Below, in pieces: positions 51,657 through 61,462 of a stretch of 64,000 nt of DNA. The stretch spans positions 640,001 to 704,000 of the forward strand of contig CAVYGB010000002.1 of assembly GCA_963767925.1 (NCBI GenBank). The letters run 5' to 3'. The stretch comes from an uncultured delta proteobacterium (GTDB taxonomy: Bacteria > Myxococcota_A > Polyangia > Fen-1088). The notes under the pieces were generated by a model. The model was not told the origin of the DNA, did no database searches, and saw nothing but the letters and a program-made list of their open reading frames with translations. The stretch's first letter is position 1, and every line of letters begins with the position of its first letter. The position numbers and the translations under genes were made by a program.

Positions 51657-53157
51657 TCAGTACCACCCGATCGGCTTTTCGCTGAGGTTGATGTGCACCT
51701 GCTTGGCCTCGAGGTAGCCCTCGACGCCGTAGCGGCCCAGCTCGCGCCCCTGGCCGCTCATCTTGTAGCCGCCCCAGGGCGCCTCGACGTAGGTCGGCTG
51801 CATGTGGTTGACCCAGATGATCCCGGCGCGCAGCTTCTTGACCACCCGGAAGGCGCGGAAGATGTCGCGCGTCCACACCGCCCCCGCCAGGCCGTAGGGC
51901 GTGTCGTTGGCGATGGCCAGGGCCTCGGCCTCGTCGGCGAAGGGGAGCACCGACACGACCGGGCCGAAGATCTCCTCGCGGGCGATCTTCATGCTGGGGG
52001 TGACGCCGTCGAAGATGGTCGGCTGCAGGTAGGCCCCGCCCGCCAGGTCGCCGGTCATCGCGGGGACGGCGCCGCCCAGCACCAGGCGGGCCCCCTCCTG
52101 GCGGCCGGCCTCGACGAAGCCGGCCACCCGCTCGCGGTGTTGCAGGGTGACCAGGGGGCCCATCTTGGTGGCCCGGTCGAGGGGATCGCCCAGCGTGATG
52201 GTGCGGGCCTTCGCCACCAGGGCCTCGACGAAGCGGGCGTGCAGCTTCTTCTCCACCAGGATGCGCGAGCCGGCCGAGCAGACCTCGCCCTGGTTGATGA
52301 ACACCCCGAACAGCGCCCCGTCGATGGCCGCCTCGAAGTCGGCGTCGGCGAAGAAGATGTTCGGGCGACTTGCCGCCCAGCTCGAGCGTCACGCGCTTGA
52401 GGTTGGAGTCGGCGGCGGCGTGCAGGATGCGCCGGCCGGTGGCGGTCGACCCGGTGAAGGCGATCTTGTCGACCGCGGGATCGCCGGCGAGGTGGGCGCC
52501 GGCGATCGGGCCGTCGCCGGTGATGACGTTGACCACGCCCCTGGGTAGGTCCTCGATGCCGTCGAGGATGCGGCACAGCTCGAGGGCGGTGACCGGGGTG
52601 GCCTCGGCCGGCTTGAGCACCACCGTGCAGCCCGCCGCCAGGGCGGGGGCGATCTTCCAGGCCGCCATCATGAGCGGGTAGTTCCAGGGGATGATCTGCC
52701 CGCACACCCCCACCGGCTCCTTGAGGGTGAGGCTGAGGGCCTCGTCGGGGACGGGGTTGACGTCGCCCTGGATCTTGGTGGCGAGCCCGCCGTAATACTC
52801 GAAGCAGGTGGCGGCGTCGGCGACGTCGAACTCCGACTCGACCAGGGGCTTGCCCACGTTGTCGGTCTCGAGGCGGGCCAGCTCCGCCGTGCGCTCGCGC
52901 AGCTTGCGCGCCACCTCCAGCAGCACCCGCCCGCGCGCCTGCGCGGTGGCCTGCGACCAGGGGCCGCTGTCGAAGGCGGCCCGCGCCGCCGCCACCGCCC
53001 GCCCGGTCTCCTCGGCGGTGGCCCGAGCGGCCTGGGCGATCACCTTGCCGTTGGCCGGGTTGACCACCGGCTGGCGGTCCGGGTCGGCGCCGGCCACGAA
53101 CTTGCCGTCGATGTAAAGGGGCAGCTTCTCCGCGGGGGTCTGGGGATTGCCGGGCAT
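51657..53157 (-). pseudogene. Aldehyde dehydrogenase (aminoaldehyde/betaine type) with +1 frameshift at 52363-52365 (possibly a sequencing error)
   Basis: IPWNYP, FTGST, LELGGKSP, then the frame changes to NIFF..., QGEVCSAGSR, EEIFGPV, WGGYKMSG. Confidence 0.85.
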
Positions 53158-53162
53158 CGCCG

Positions 53163-54665
53163 TCACCATTTCCTTCGGGCGTAGGGGAACCAGTACGACT
53201 TGGCTTCCATGACGTAGTCGATGTGCACGTGTTTCGGCTCGCGGAAGGCGTCGAGGCCCTCCTCGCCGAGCTCGCGTCCAATCCCGCTCTGGCGCATGCC
53301 CCCGAAGGGACCGGCCTCGTTGTCGGTGAGCGGGTCGTTGACCCAGAAGGTGCCGGCCTTGATCTCCTCCATGGCCGTCATCACGTAGCGCAGGTTGTTG
53401 GTATAGATGTTGGCGCCGAGGCCGTAGTCGCTGTCGTTGGCCAGGCGGATGGCCTCGTCGACGCTGGACACCCGCACGATCGCCGCCACCGGGCCGAACA
53501 CCTCCTCGCAGGTGGCGGCGCTGCCGTGGCGCACCCGATCGAGCACGGTGGGGGCCATGAAGTGCCCCCGGTCGAGCCCGGGCGGGCGCCCGCCGCCCGC
53601 GACGAGGGCCGCCCCCTCGGCCACGGCGCGATCGATGGCCCCCTTGACCCGCCCGAGGGCGTCTCTGGAGATCACCGGCCCCATGTCGGTGTCGGGCTGG
53701 CGGGGATCGCCGACCACGATGCGCCTGGCCTCGGCCACGAACTTCTCCACGAAGCGGTCGGCGACGGCGTCGACGACGTAAAAGCGCTTGGCCGAGGTGC
53801 AGACCTGGCCGCTGTTGAGGTAACGGGCCCAGGCCGCGCCCCTGGCGGCGATGTCGAGGTCGGCGTCCTCGCACACGATGAAGGGGTCGATGCCGCTGGT
53901 CTCGAGGTTGATCTTCTTCAGCGTGTCGGCGGCCAGCCGCATGATGTTCTTGCCGACGGTTGTCGACCCGGTAAAGGCGATCATGTCGGTGCCCTTGCTC
54001 CGGACCAGGGCCTCGCCCGCCTCCGGCCCGGTGCCGGTGACGATGTTGACCACCCCCTTCGGCAGCACCGAGAAGGCCTCGGCCAGGGCCAGGGTGGCCA
54101 GCGGCGTCTGGTCGGCCGGCTTGATCACAACCGTGTTGCCGGCGGCCAGCGCGGGGGCCACCTTCCAGGACATCAGCAGCAGCGGATAGTTGAAGGGGAC
54201 GATGACCCCGACGACGCCGTAGGGCTCCTTGACCGTGAAGTTGACCTGGTGCTCGAACCCCGGGGGGATGGTGGTGCCGCGCGAGGAGCGCCCCACCTCG
54301 GCGTAATAGTCGAAGCAGGCGGTGGTCCACTCGATCTCGTCGAGGTTCTCGATCATCGGCTTGCCACCCTCGAGCGTCATCTGCTCGGCGATGGCATGGC
54401 CCCGCTCGCGGATGAGGCGGGCGACCTCGTGCAGCAGGCGGGCCTTCTCGGTGCCGGGCAGGCGGCGCCAGGCGGGCTGGACCCGGCGGGCGGCGGCCAC
54501 CGCGCGCTCGACGTCGTCGGCGGTGGCGCGCGGGACGGTGGCGATGATCTCCTCGGTGGCGGGGTTCTCGACCGCCAATGTGGCGCCGCTGGCGGCGGTT
54601 CGCTCTTCCCCGTCGATCCACATCTCATGCGTCTGCGGCGTTTGCGAGGTACCCGGGTCCTTCAC
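53163..54665 (-). CDS. Aldehyde dehydrogenase family protein
   Basis: VPFNYP, FTGST, LETSGIDP, GQVCTS, EEVFGPV, PFGGMRQSG. Confidence 0.9.
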   Translation of the reverse strand: MKDPGTSQTPQTHEMWIDGEERTAASGATLAVENPATEEIIATVPRATADDVERAVAAARRVQPAWRRLPGTEKARLLHEVARLIRERGHAIAEQMTLEGGKPMIENLDEIEWTTACFDYYAEVGRSSRGTTIPPGFEHQVNFTVKEPYGVVGVIVPFNYPLLLMSWKVAPALAAGNTVVIKPADQTPLATLALAEAFSVLPKGVVNIVTGTGPEAGEALVRSKGTDMIAFTGSTTVGKNIMRLAADTLKKINLETSGIDPFIVCEDADLDIAARGAAWARYLNSGQVCTSAKRFYVVDAVADRFVEKFVAEARRIVVGDPRQPDTDMGPVISRDALGRVKGAIDRAVAEGAALVAGGGRPPGLDRGHFMAPTVLDRVRHGSAATCEEVFGPVAAIVRVSSVDEAIRLANDSDYGLGANIYTNNLRYVMTAMEEIKAGTFWVNDPLTDNEAGPFGGMRQSGIGRELGEEGLDAFREPKHVHIDYVMEAKSYWFPYARRKW

Positions 54666-56923
54666 GTGTTCTCTCCTTTCGTGGGGCGGGCCCCGACCCC
54701 CGCGCGGGTTGCGGCGCCGGCGCCAGCGCGCGGCGAGATCCGCGCCCGCACGTAGACGAACTGGACCCCACTGCGGAGGTAGTTGTCGATCTCCTTGAGC
54801 ACGGTGCCGCCCGCCAGCCAGGACGGCCCCGCCGCCCGGGTGCTGTCCTCGATCAGCGTCGACAGGTGCTCGAACCCCTGGGCGGCCGCCCGCTCGCGCA
54901 TGAGGCCCAGCAGGTGGTTCTCGACCTCGCGCTGGTTCTTGACCGAGGGCAAGGTGGCCATGGCCTGCAGGTAGAACGTCGACCCTTCGCCGTGGCAGGG
55001 GTCGAGCAGCACCCCCTCCTCGTCGTAGTTCTCGAGGGGGCTGCCGACGGCGTAGGCGATGACCTTGCCCGAGACGGAGTCGTGCAGCGCCACCCCGATG
55101 GCGCGCGGGTTCTTCATGGAGGCCTCGATGGCCTCCACCGGGTACTGCAGCAGCGGGCGCTCACCCGCCTTCAGCACGTCCGCCGGGTACTGAGCCATGC
55201 TGCCGTAGCGCTCGATCTCGACCGGCATGATGGCCGCCCGCAGCTCGGCCAGGCGCTCGCCCGCCAGGTCGAACGCCTCCACCGTCGCCAGCGGCACGTC
55301 GCAGGGCGCGCCCACCCGCACCCGCGGCCCCAGCGCCGCCACCGTCCCGCCCGCCAGCACGTCCTCGACAGCGGCGCGCAAGATGGCCAGCGCCTCGTCG
55401 ATGGCGTACGGCTCCATGTCGTAGCGGGCGTACACCCGCAAGGTGCGCTCCCCGGCCGGCATCATGAGGAGCCCGCGGCGGAAGGCCCGATCCCGCAAGA
55501 CGTCGCGCCAGTCGGCGCGGGCCACGTCGAAGCCGAGCATGACCCCCATCCCGCGCACGTTGCCCACCAGCTCGGGAAAGTCGGCGGCCAGCCGCTCGAG
55601 CCCCGCCCGCACCAGGGCCCCGGTGCGCTCGACGTCCTCCAGCCGCACCCGATCGATGGTGGCCAGCAGGCGCACCATCCCGACCGCGTCGCCCTCCCAG
55701 GTGGTGTTGAACTTCTTCTCCTCCTGGAAGAAGGTCGCCAGCTCCTCGGAGACGAAGAGGACGCCGTTCTGGGCCTTCTTGGCCCAGGTGACGACGTCGG
55801 GCGGCGCCGGCAGCTCGAAGCGCTGGTGGGCCCACATCCGCCCGGTGGCGCCGAACCCGGTCTGGATCTCGTCGAACAGCAGCGGCACCTCGAACAGCCG
55901 GGTGAGCACCCGCAGCCGCCGGAAGAACCGCCCGCTGGCCACCCGGATCCCGCCCTCGCCCTGGATGGGCTCGGCCAGCACCCCGGCGCACCGGAGCGCG
56001 CGCCGGAGCACCTCGGCGGAAAACCGCCCCCGCTCCTCGGCGACGAACGCGTCGAGCGATCCTCCTCGTTCCAGTAGCCCGTCGATGCGGGTGAGCAGCT
56101 CGGAGAAGCGCCCGTCCTCGACGGCGTGGCTGCCCGTGGCGTGGCTGCCCGTGGCGTGGCGCCCCTCGGCGAGCAGGCCGTAGATCCGGCGCAGGCTGCG
56201 CGCCTCGCGCGTGCGGGTCACCGTCTCGTCGGCGTCGACCGAGGGCCAGGGCGCCTGCGGCCAGTCGAAGGTGGGGAAGCCGAGGCTGGCCCGCTTGCGG
56301 TGGGTGACCGCCAGGCTGCCCAGCGTGCGGCCGTGGTAGGCCCCCTCGAAGGAGACGATGTAGCCGCCGTCCTTCTCGCCGGTGCCGCGCACGCGGCTGA
56401 GCAAGACCGCCTTGATGGCGTTCTCCACCGCCTCGGCCCCGGTGTTGACGACGAAGTGCCGGGGCACCCCGGCGGGCGCGATGCGATCGAGCGCCCCCTT
56501 CATGCGCAGCGAGACGATGGTCTGGTACTCCGAGTGGGCGTAGCGGTTGACCGCCACCGGCAGCTCCGCCAGCACCGCCTGCACGATCGCCGGATCGTTC
56601 TCCCCGAGGGCCTGGGTGGCGATCAGCGCCCCCATGTCGAGGAAGCGGTAGGGCTCCCCCGCCTCGTCGCGATCGGCGGTGGCGAGGTAGGGCCCGATCG
56701 CCTCGGCCGGGTCGAAGGCCACCGGCAAGGAGTAAAAGAGCGCGTTCTGCGAGCGCTCGAGGGCGGCGTGGGAGGTCGGCAGGTAGATCGCGATCAGGTC
56801 ATCGATCGGCCGATTCGCCTCCTTGAGCCCGTCGGGCGTCCGCACGTGCACCTGCCCCGCCCGATACCGCGCATGAAGCACCGCCGTCCGCTCGAGGTAC
56901 TGCCTGACGGCCTCCGGAATCAT
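54662..56923 (-). CDS. Class III aminotransferase (L-lysine 6-transaminase-like) fused to a C-terminal GNAT-like domain
   Basis: TGAEAVENAIK, YHGRT, EPIQGEGG, DEIQTG, PDVVTWAKKAQ, NTTWEG; about 190 extra residues with VIAYAVGSPLE and FYLQAMATLP. Confidence 0.8.
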   Translation of the reverse strand: MIPEAVRQYLERTAVLHARYRAGQVHVRTPDGLKEANRPIDDLIAIYLPTSHAALERSQNALFYSLPVAFDPAEAIGPYLATADRDEAGEPYRFLDMGALIATQALGENDPAIVQAVLAELPVAVNRYAHSEYQTIVSLRMKGALDRIAPAGVPRHFVVNTGAEAVENAIKAVLLSRVRGTGEKDGGYIVSFEGAYHGRTLGSLAVTHRKRASLGFPTFDWPQAPWPSVDADETVTRTREARSLRRIYGLLAEGRHATGSHATGSHAVEDGRFSELLTRIDGLLERGGSLDAFVAEERGRFSAEVLRRALRCAGVLAEPIQGEGGIRVASGRFFRRLRVLTRLFEVPLLFDEIQTGFGATGRMWAHQRFELPAPPDVVTWAKKAQNGVLFVSEELATFFQEEKKFNTTWEGDAVGMVRLLATIDRVRLEDVERTGALVRAGLERLAADFPELVGNVRGMGVMLGFDVARADWRDVLRDRAFRRGLLMMPAGERTLRVYARYDMEPYAIDEALAILRAAVEDVLAGGTVAALGPRVRVGAPCDVPLATVEAFDLAGERLAELRAAIMPVEIERYGSMAQYPADVLKAGERPLLQYPVEAIEASMKNPRAIGVALHDSVSGKVIAYAVGSPLENYDEEGVLLDPCHGEGSTFYLQAMATLPSVKNQREVENHLLGLMRERAAAQGFEHLSTLIEDSTRAAGPSWLAGGTVLKEIDNYLRSGVQFVYVRARISPRAGAGAATRAGVGARPTKGENT

Positions 56924-57141
56924 CCAGCGCCATTTTACCGGATCCCCACTCCCGCCCCTACCCCGCCTCCATCCGTACCACCACCGTCCCTCCCACCCCC
57001 ATCCCCCGCGAGCCTTCGGTGACAGGATGGCTAAATCTCACGCCCGCCGCCGCCGGGGAAGTGAGGTGGCATCCCACCCCAAGGCCCGCCCCCGCCGTCC
57101 GGGGGGCTGCAATCCCGACGCCCGTGGCAATATCGCGGGAC

Positions 57142-57417
57142 ATGTTCTGGATCTTCGCGGGCCTCTTCTTTCTCGTCGCCGTCGGACTGCTGGTCTCGGC
57201 CCTCTTCCAGAAGAAGCGCTACGACCTGATGACGAGCACCGAGACCGCCACCGCCGCCGAGCTGAGGGCCCTGGCAACGTCGGTGGGCAACGAGATCGGC
57301 GCGGGATCGTTCAACGACCGCTTCGAGCCGGGAGCGGCCCGCGCCGGAACGATCTCCCTCGGCGTCTGGACCTTCGACCTGGGCCTTGGGGGTCCGCGAC
57401 GGCGACTGTCGCGCTGA
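57142..57417 (+). pseudogene. Truncated or chimeric membrane protein (GIDE/E3-ligase-like N-terminus)
   Basis: TM helix + TET...EL..L...V..EIGAGSF, then an abrupt change to unrelated sequence. Confidence 0.45.
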
Positions 57418-57681
57418 TCGGGTCGGGATCGCAGGCTGGCCTCGGCCTTGCCGCTGGAGGGGCCATGATCCAGAGAGCCCCGAAGACCTGGACCTGCCTG
57501 CGCATCGGCGCGGGGGTCGGACTTTGCTGTCGTGGCTCGGTGTTCGACAAGGCGTTGCAGGGGAGGATGGTGCATTAGACGCTCTGCTCGATTGCTCGCG
57601 CGTTGACGGGAGAGGGTGGATTGCGCGGCGGGTAGCAGCGATCGGGTGACTCTGGGGGGCAGGCTCGGTAAATTGGCGGGC

Positions 57682-58071
57682 ATGGGGATTGTCTTGCCGA
57701 TGGTGATCGTGTTCTTGCTGCACGCGGGGTTTTTGAAGGTGGCGGCGCGGGTGATGCGGGGGGTGCGGGTGAGCTGGCAGGCGTGTCTGGGGTTCTCGGC
57801 GATCCTGGCTGGGCTGGCGGTCCTGAACCGCATCCTCTCCGTGAACGCGGGGACGTTCGTGCCCGACGGCACGTCGATCGTCGTGGGGCTCGCGGCTCAG
57901 CTCGGGCTGGGCGCCTGGTTCTTCGGGACGCGCGCGCGGGACCTGGAGCGGCGGCGGCTGGGGTGGCGGCGGGGGCTCGGGATGACGGCGCTGGCCACGG
58001 GGCTGCTGCTCACCTTCCTGGCGATGGCGTCCCTGGTCATCCTCTCGCTGTTGCCGTCCGGTCAGATCTGA
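57682..58071 (+). CDS. Hypothetical membrane protein
   Basis: Four hydrophobic segments; TAAATT-N7-ATG. Confidence 0.65.
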   Translation: MGIVLPMVIVFLLHAGFLKVAARVMRGVRVSWQACLGFSAILAGLAVLNRILSVNAGTFVPDGTSIVVGLAAQLGLGAWFFGTRARDLERRRLGWRRGLGMTALATGLLLTFLAMASLVILSLLPSGQI

Positions 58072-58141
58072 GGCTTCCGCGCAGCGGATAGGGGCGATCC
58101 GCGACTTGCTTGCTGCGTGACGGTAAGCAATTGTGCGGGGG

Positions 58142-59476
58142 ATGTCTGGTCTGGAGTCGGCGGGTCCGGGTGATCTGGAGCTGTTGCGGCTGCAGGCGGT
58201 CGACCTCATCGGCCGCGGCGGCGGAGATGGCGATGGGGTGGTCGGGTTGCGGGGGTTCCTGATCGCCCGCACGCGGGCGGAGGAGGCGCTCTGGGTGGGC
58301 GACGGCGTGCCGGCTGACCTGACCCGGGCCTTGCGAGCGGCGCACGTCGAGAGACCGAGCGCCGCCCTGGCCGAGCCCGCCGATCCGCCCGCCGCGCTGG
58401 CGGCCTGCGAAGGCCTGCTCGTCGCGCAGGGATGGCGGGTCGAGCGTGGGTCGGGGCCCAGCTACCTCATCGAGCCCGGCTCGCGCTTCCTGTCGTCGGC
58501 GCCCATCGAACGCTCCGACACCTCGACCACCTACGGGCTGCGCGGGGGCAACCCGGGGAACTGGCACCCGGTCGAGTGGGACGAGCTGCTCGACGGGCGG
58601 CTGGGGCCCTGGGCCATGGCCACCGTCGGTGACCGGGTGGTCTCGATCTGCCACACCCCGATCGCCATGACCGCCACCGCCGCCGAGTGTGGCGTCTGGA
58701 CCGATCCCGCCTTCCGCGGCTGGGGCTACGCCGCCGCCGTGACCTCCGCCTGGGCGGACATCTTGCGCTCGTCCGGCCGCCACCTGTTCTACAGCACGCG
58801 GACCGACAACCTCTCCTCGCGCCGGGTCGCCGACCGCCTGAAGCTGCGCCTGCTCGGCTGGGTCTGGCGGGTCACGGAGGAGAGCACCACGCCCTCAAGC
58901 TCGCTGCATCCTCTGAGCGCCGCCCTCCCTCCGCAACCCGACCCGGCCGCCGCCGCCCACCCCCGGCGGGTCGTCGTGGCCTTCCCGCGCATCGAGGACC
59001 CCGTCCCCTGGAACGCGATCCTCGCCACCCGCGATCGCCTCGACCCGCTCGCTGGCCAGGTCGCCCCGCACCTGACCCTGCTCTCCCCCTTCGAGGACGC
59101 GATCTCGGATCGGGACCTCGAGGCGCACCTGCGGGCCGTCGCGAGCGCCCTGCCCCCCTTCCCCATCACCCTCCGCGACGTCACCGCCCACGAAGAGGAA
59201 TACCTCTTCCTCAACGTCAAGCGCGGCAACGACGCCCTCGTCCAGCTCCACGACACGCTCTACACCGGCCCGCTCGCCGCCCACCGCCCCCGCAGCCACA
59301 CCTTCGTCCCCCACCTCACGGTCGGCCGCGTGCTGCCCGCCGACCTCCCCGGCGCCCTGGAGGAGACCGCCCCGCACACCACCCCCATCCAGGCCCAGGT
59401 CGACACCCTGTCCGTTTACCGCATCGACCCCGACGGCAGCCGCCCGATCCTCTTCGAAGTGCCCTTGCGCAAGTAG
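58142..59476 (+). CDS. GNAT acetyltransferase fused to a 2H phosphoesterase (2'-5' RNA ligase-like)
   Basis: ECGVWTDPAFRGWGYA...NLSSRRVADRL; Pro/Ala linker; two HxT motifs APHLTL and VPHLTV. Confidence 0.8.
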   Translation: MSGLESAGPGDLELLRLQAVDLIGRGGGDGDGVVGLRGFLIARTRAEEALWVGDGVPADLTRALRAAHVERPSAALAEPADPPAALAACEGLLVAQGWRVERGSGPSYLIEPGSRFLSSAPIERSDTSTTYGLRGGNPGNWHPVEWDELLDGRLGPWAMATVGDRVVSICHTPIAMTATAAECGVWTDPAFRGWGYAAAVTSAWADILRSSGRHLFYSTRTDNLSSRRVADRLKLRLLGWVWRVTEESTTPSSSLHPLSAALPPQPDPAAAAHPRRVVVAFPRIEDPVPWNAILATRDRLDPLAGQVAPHLTLLSPFEDAISDRDLEAHLRAVASALPPFPITLRDVTAHEEEYLFLNVKRGNDALVQLHDTLYTGPLAAHRPRSHTFVPHLTVGRVLPADLPGALEETAPHTTPIQAQVDTLSVYRIDPDGSRPILFEVPLRK

Positions 59477-59522
59477 CGTTCCCGGTCGACCGGGGCCACT
59501 CCACCTCGAAGTGGCGCGGTCG

Positions 59523-61238
59523 TCACGGGGAGAGAGGCGTGACCTCCGGGAAGTCGGTCGGCGGGCGTTCGGCGCCCAGCCGGCGGCCCCTCGTGAAGCT
59601 TCCGGGCGCCAGCTCGCAAGCACCGTCGTAGGTTCGTCGGTAGTAGCTAGCCGGCTCGGAGCCGGAGCTCTGGGGACCGTCGAAATCGAAGGCACGCGCG
59701 ACGATGCGTTCGGGGCACGCGGTCGTGAGCGGCTCGCGATCGATCACGATCGCCACGTCACCCCCGCTGGAACCGACCAGCTCCGTGCAGACCGGGTCCC
59801 AGAAGTAGCCAGTCGAGATTGCTCCGGGCACGCACCGGGAAGAACCGTCCGACATGGCAACGACCTGGCAGCGCTTGCCTTCCGCGTTGTAGAGCGGATT
59901 CCAGAGATCCGAACGCTGGCCCACGGGATCCTCGCTGAGCTGCCAGGGCAGAACGACGCCCCCGGTGGCAAGGCCCTGGAAGCGAACACTCCCGGTTCCG
60001 CTGGTGACCAGCTGGACCTCGGGAAAACATTCATCGGGAACCGGCGCACCCATGCGGTGGTACCCCGTGACGGTCTCCGGAGCGTACCGGCAGGGCCCCC
60101 CATCCGCCACCGTCTCACCGGTCGAACATCCCAGCGTCGTGACGGGTGGGCCCTGGGCCCGAACCTGATCCCCGAGGAGGGCCAGGGTCGTTCCGGCACG
60201 CATCAGGGGCTCGCCCTCGCACCTCGGCGGGCGGAGCCGGTAGCAGGGGCCGACATCGTCCAGAGAGATCCGGCAGCAATCGCCGTGGTAAGTGGCACCG
60301 CTATTGGGAATCAAACGCAAGACGCCCACCTGATATCTCGATCGGGTCGGAAGGTCGTGCTCGGCGTCGTAAACATTCCCGAACCACACGCGCGATCCGT
60401 CGTCGCCGACCTGGACGACGGCGTCGAGGGTCTCCGTCATCCGGACGCGCTCCTCGCGAAAGACCACCTGCGGAAGCACGACGGCCTCCCCGGCGGCGAA
60501 GAAGTCCAGATCGCCGTTGCCGTCGCTCAGCGGCCCGGTGAGGGGGAAACACACTCCGGCCGCGTTGCGCACGTGGACGCTCCTCGAGACCGGCGGCCCG
60601 ACCCTCACCAGTTGCCCGTCGACCGTCCCGATGCGCGGAGGCGGACAGCTCGGGCGCGCCCCGAGCACCGGCACCAGGCAGGTGTCGTCCCGGAAGAGCG
60701 GGCCGTCGCGCTCGACGTTGCCCTCCGAGTGGCTCAGCCTCCAGGCCACCTGCGCCGGAACGCAGACGCTCTTGCCAACTTCGTCCCGCTGCTCGAGCCG
60801 GCAGATGGTCTCGAGGGCGCTGTCGTAGAGGCCCTCCAGCACCTGCGTGCCGTCGTCGAGGACCAAGTAGCGCGGGCGGATACGCGAGCCGGCGACCATG
60901 GTCGGCGGCGGCGTGACAGCGGACCCGCCCCCGTCCGCCTCCGCGTTCTTGCAACCGATCACGGGCGGCGACCAGGGCTCCGCATCGCCAGCGCCCGAGT
61001 CCGACGGTTCGGCGGGCGCATCGACGTCATCGGGGTGCTCGGCCGGCGCGTCGACCGCCCCGCCGGTCTCCAGTCCGGCTGCGTCCGCCTCCCCTGCATC
61101 CGGCCCGTTCGCATCCCGCACGCCCATCGCGTCCACGTTCGACTCGGCCAGGCCACATCCGACCGTCGCGATCGACCCGGCGGTCAGGACGACGACCGGG
61201 AGCCAGAGGCGGGTGTATCGGAGGTTCTTCCAGAGCAT
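59523..61238 (-). CDS. Cys-rich hypothetical lipoprotein
   Basis: Lipobox TVGC, Asp/Ala linker, repeated GSR(I/V)...YD...C...DG..RCVP...F.D..CT units; GGAGGGAG RBS. Confidence 0.7.
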   Translation of the reverse strand: MLWKNLRYTRLWLPVVVLTAGSIATVGCGLAESNVDAMGVRDANGPDAGEADAAGLETGGAVDAPAEHPDDVDAPAEPSDSGAGDAEPWSPPVIGCKNAEADGGGSAVTPPPTMVAGSRIRPRYLVLDDGTQVLEGLYDSALETICRLEQRDEVGKSVCVPAQVAWRLSHSEGNVERDGPLFRDDTCLVPVLGARPSCPPPRIGTVDGQLVRVGPPVSRSVHVRNAAGVCFPLTGPLSDGNGDLDFFAAGEAVVLPQVVFREERVRMTETLDAVVQVGDDGSRVWFGNVYDAEHDLPTRSRYQVGVLRLIPNSGATYHGDCCRISLDDVGPCYRLRPPRCEGEPLMRAGTTLALLGDQVRAQGPPVTTLGCSTGETVADGGPCRYAPETVTGYHRMGAPVPDECFPEVQLVTSGTGSVRFQGLATGGVVLPWQLSEDPVGQRSDLWNPLYNAEGKRCQVVAMSDGSSRCVPGAISTGYFWDPVCTELVGSSGGDVAIVIDREPLTTACPERIVARAFDFDGPQSSGSEPASYYRRTYDGACELAPGSFTRGRRLGAERPPTDFPEVTPLSP

Positions 61239-61462
61239 GGCTCCCTCCGCGGCAAGGCGCGAGCGGGTCATGAAGTATGGCGTGCCCGTTTCCTCCGCGC
61301 CTCCTTCGTCGCTGGCGGCAACGCGTAACGAACCCGGCGGGTAGACAAAGCTGCGCCAGGCGCGACCCTGCCGCGCCGGGAGATCTCCGCAGCGATAGAT
61401 CGTTGCGCCGCCTCCCCTACCCGCTCGTCGCGCGAAGCCCGGGGAAAGGCAAAACGCCAGCC

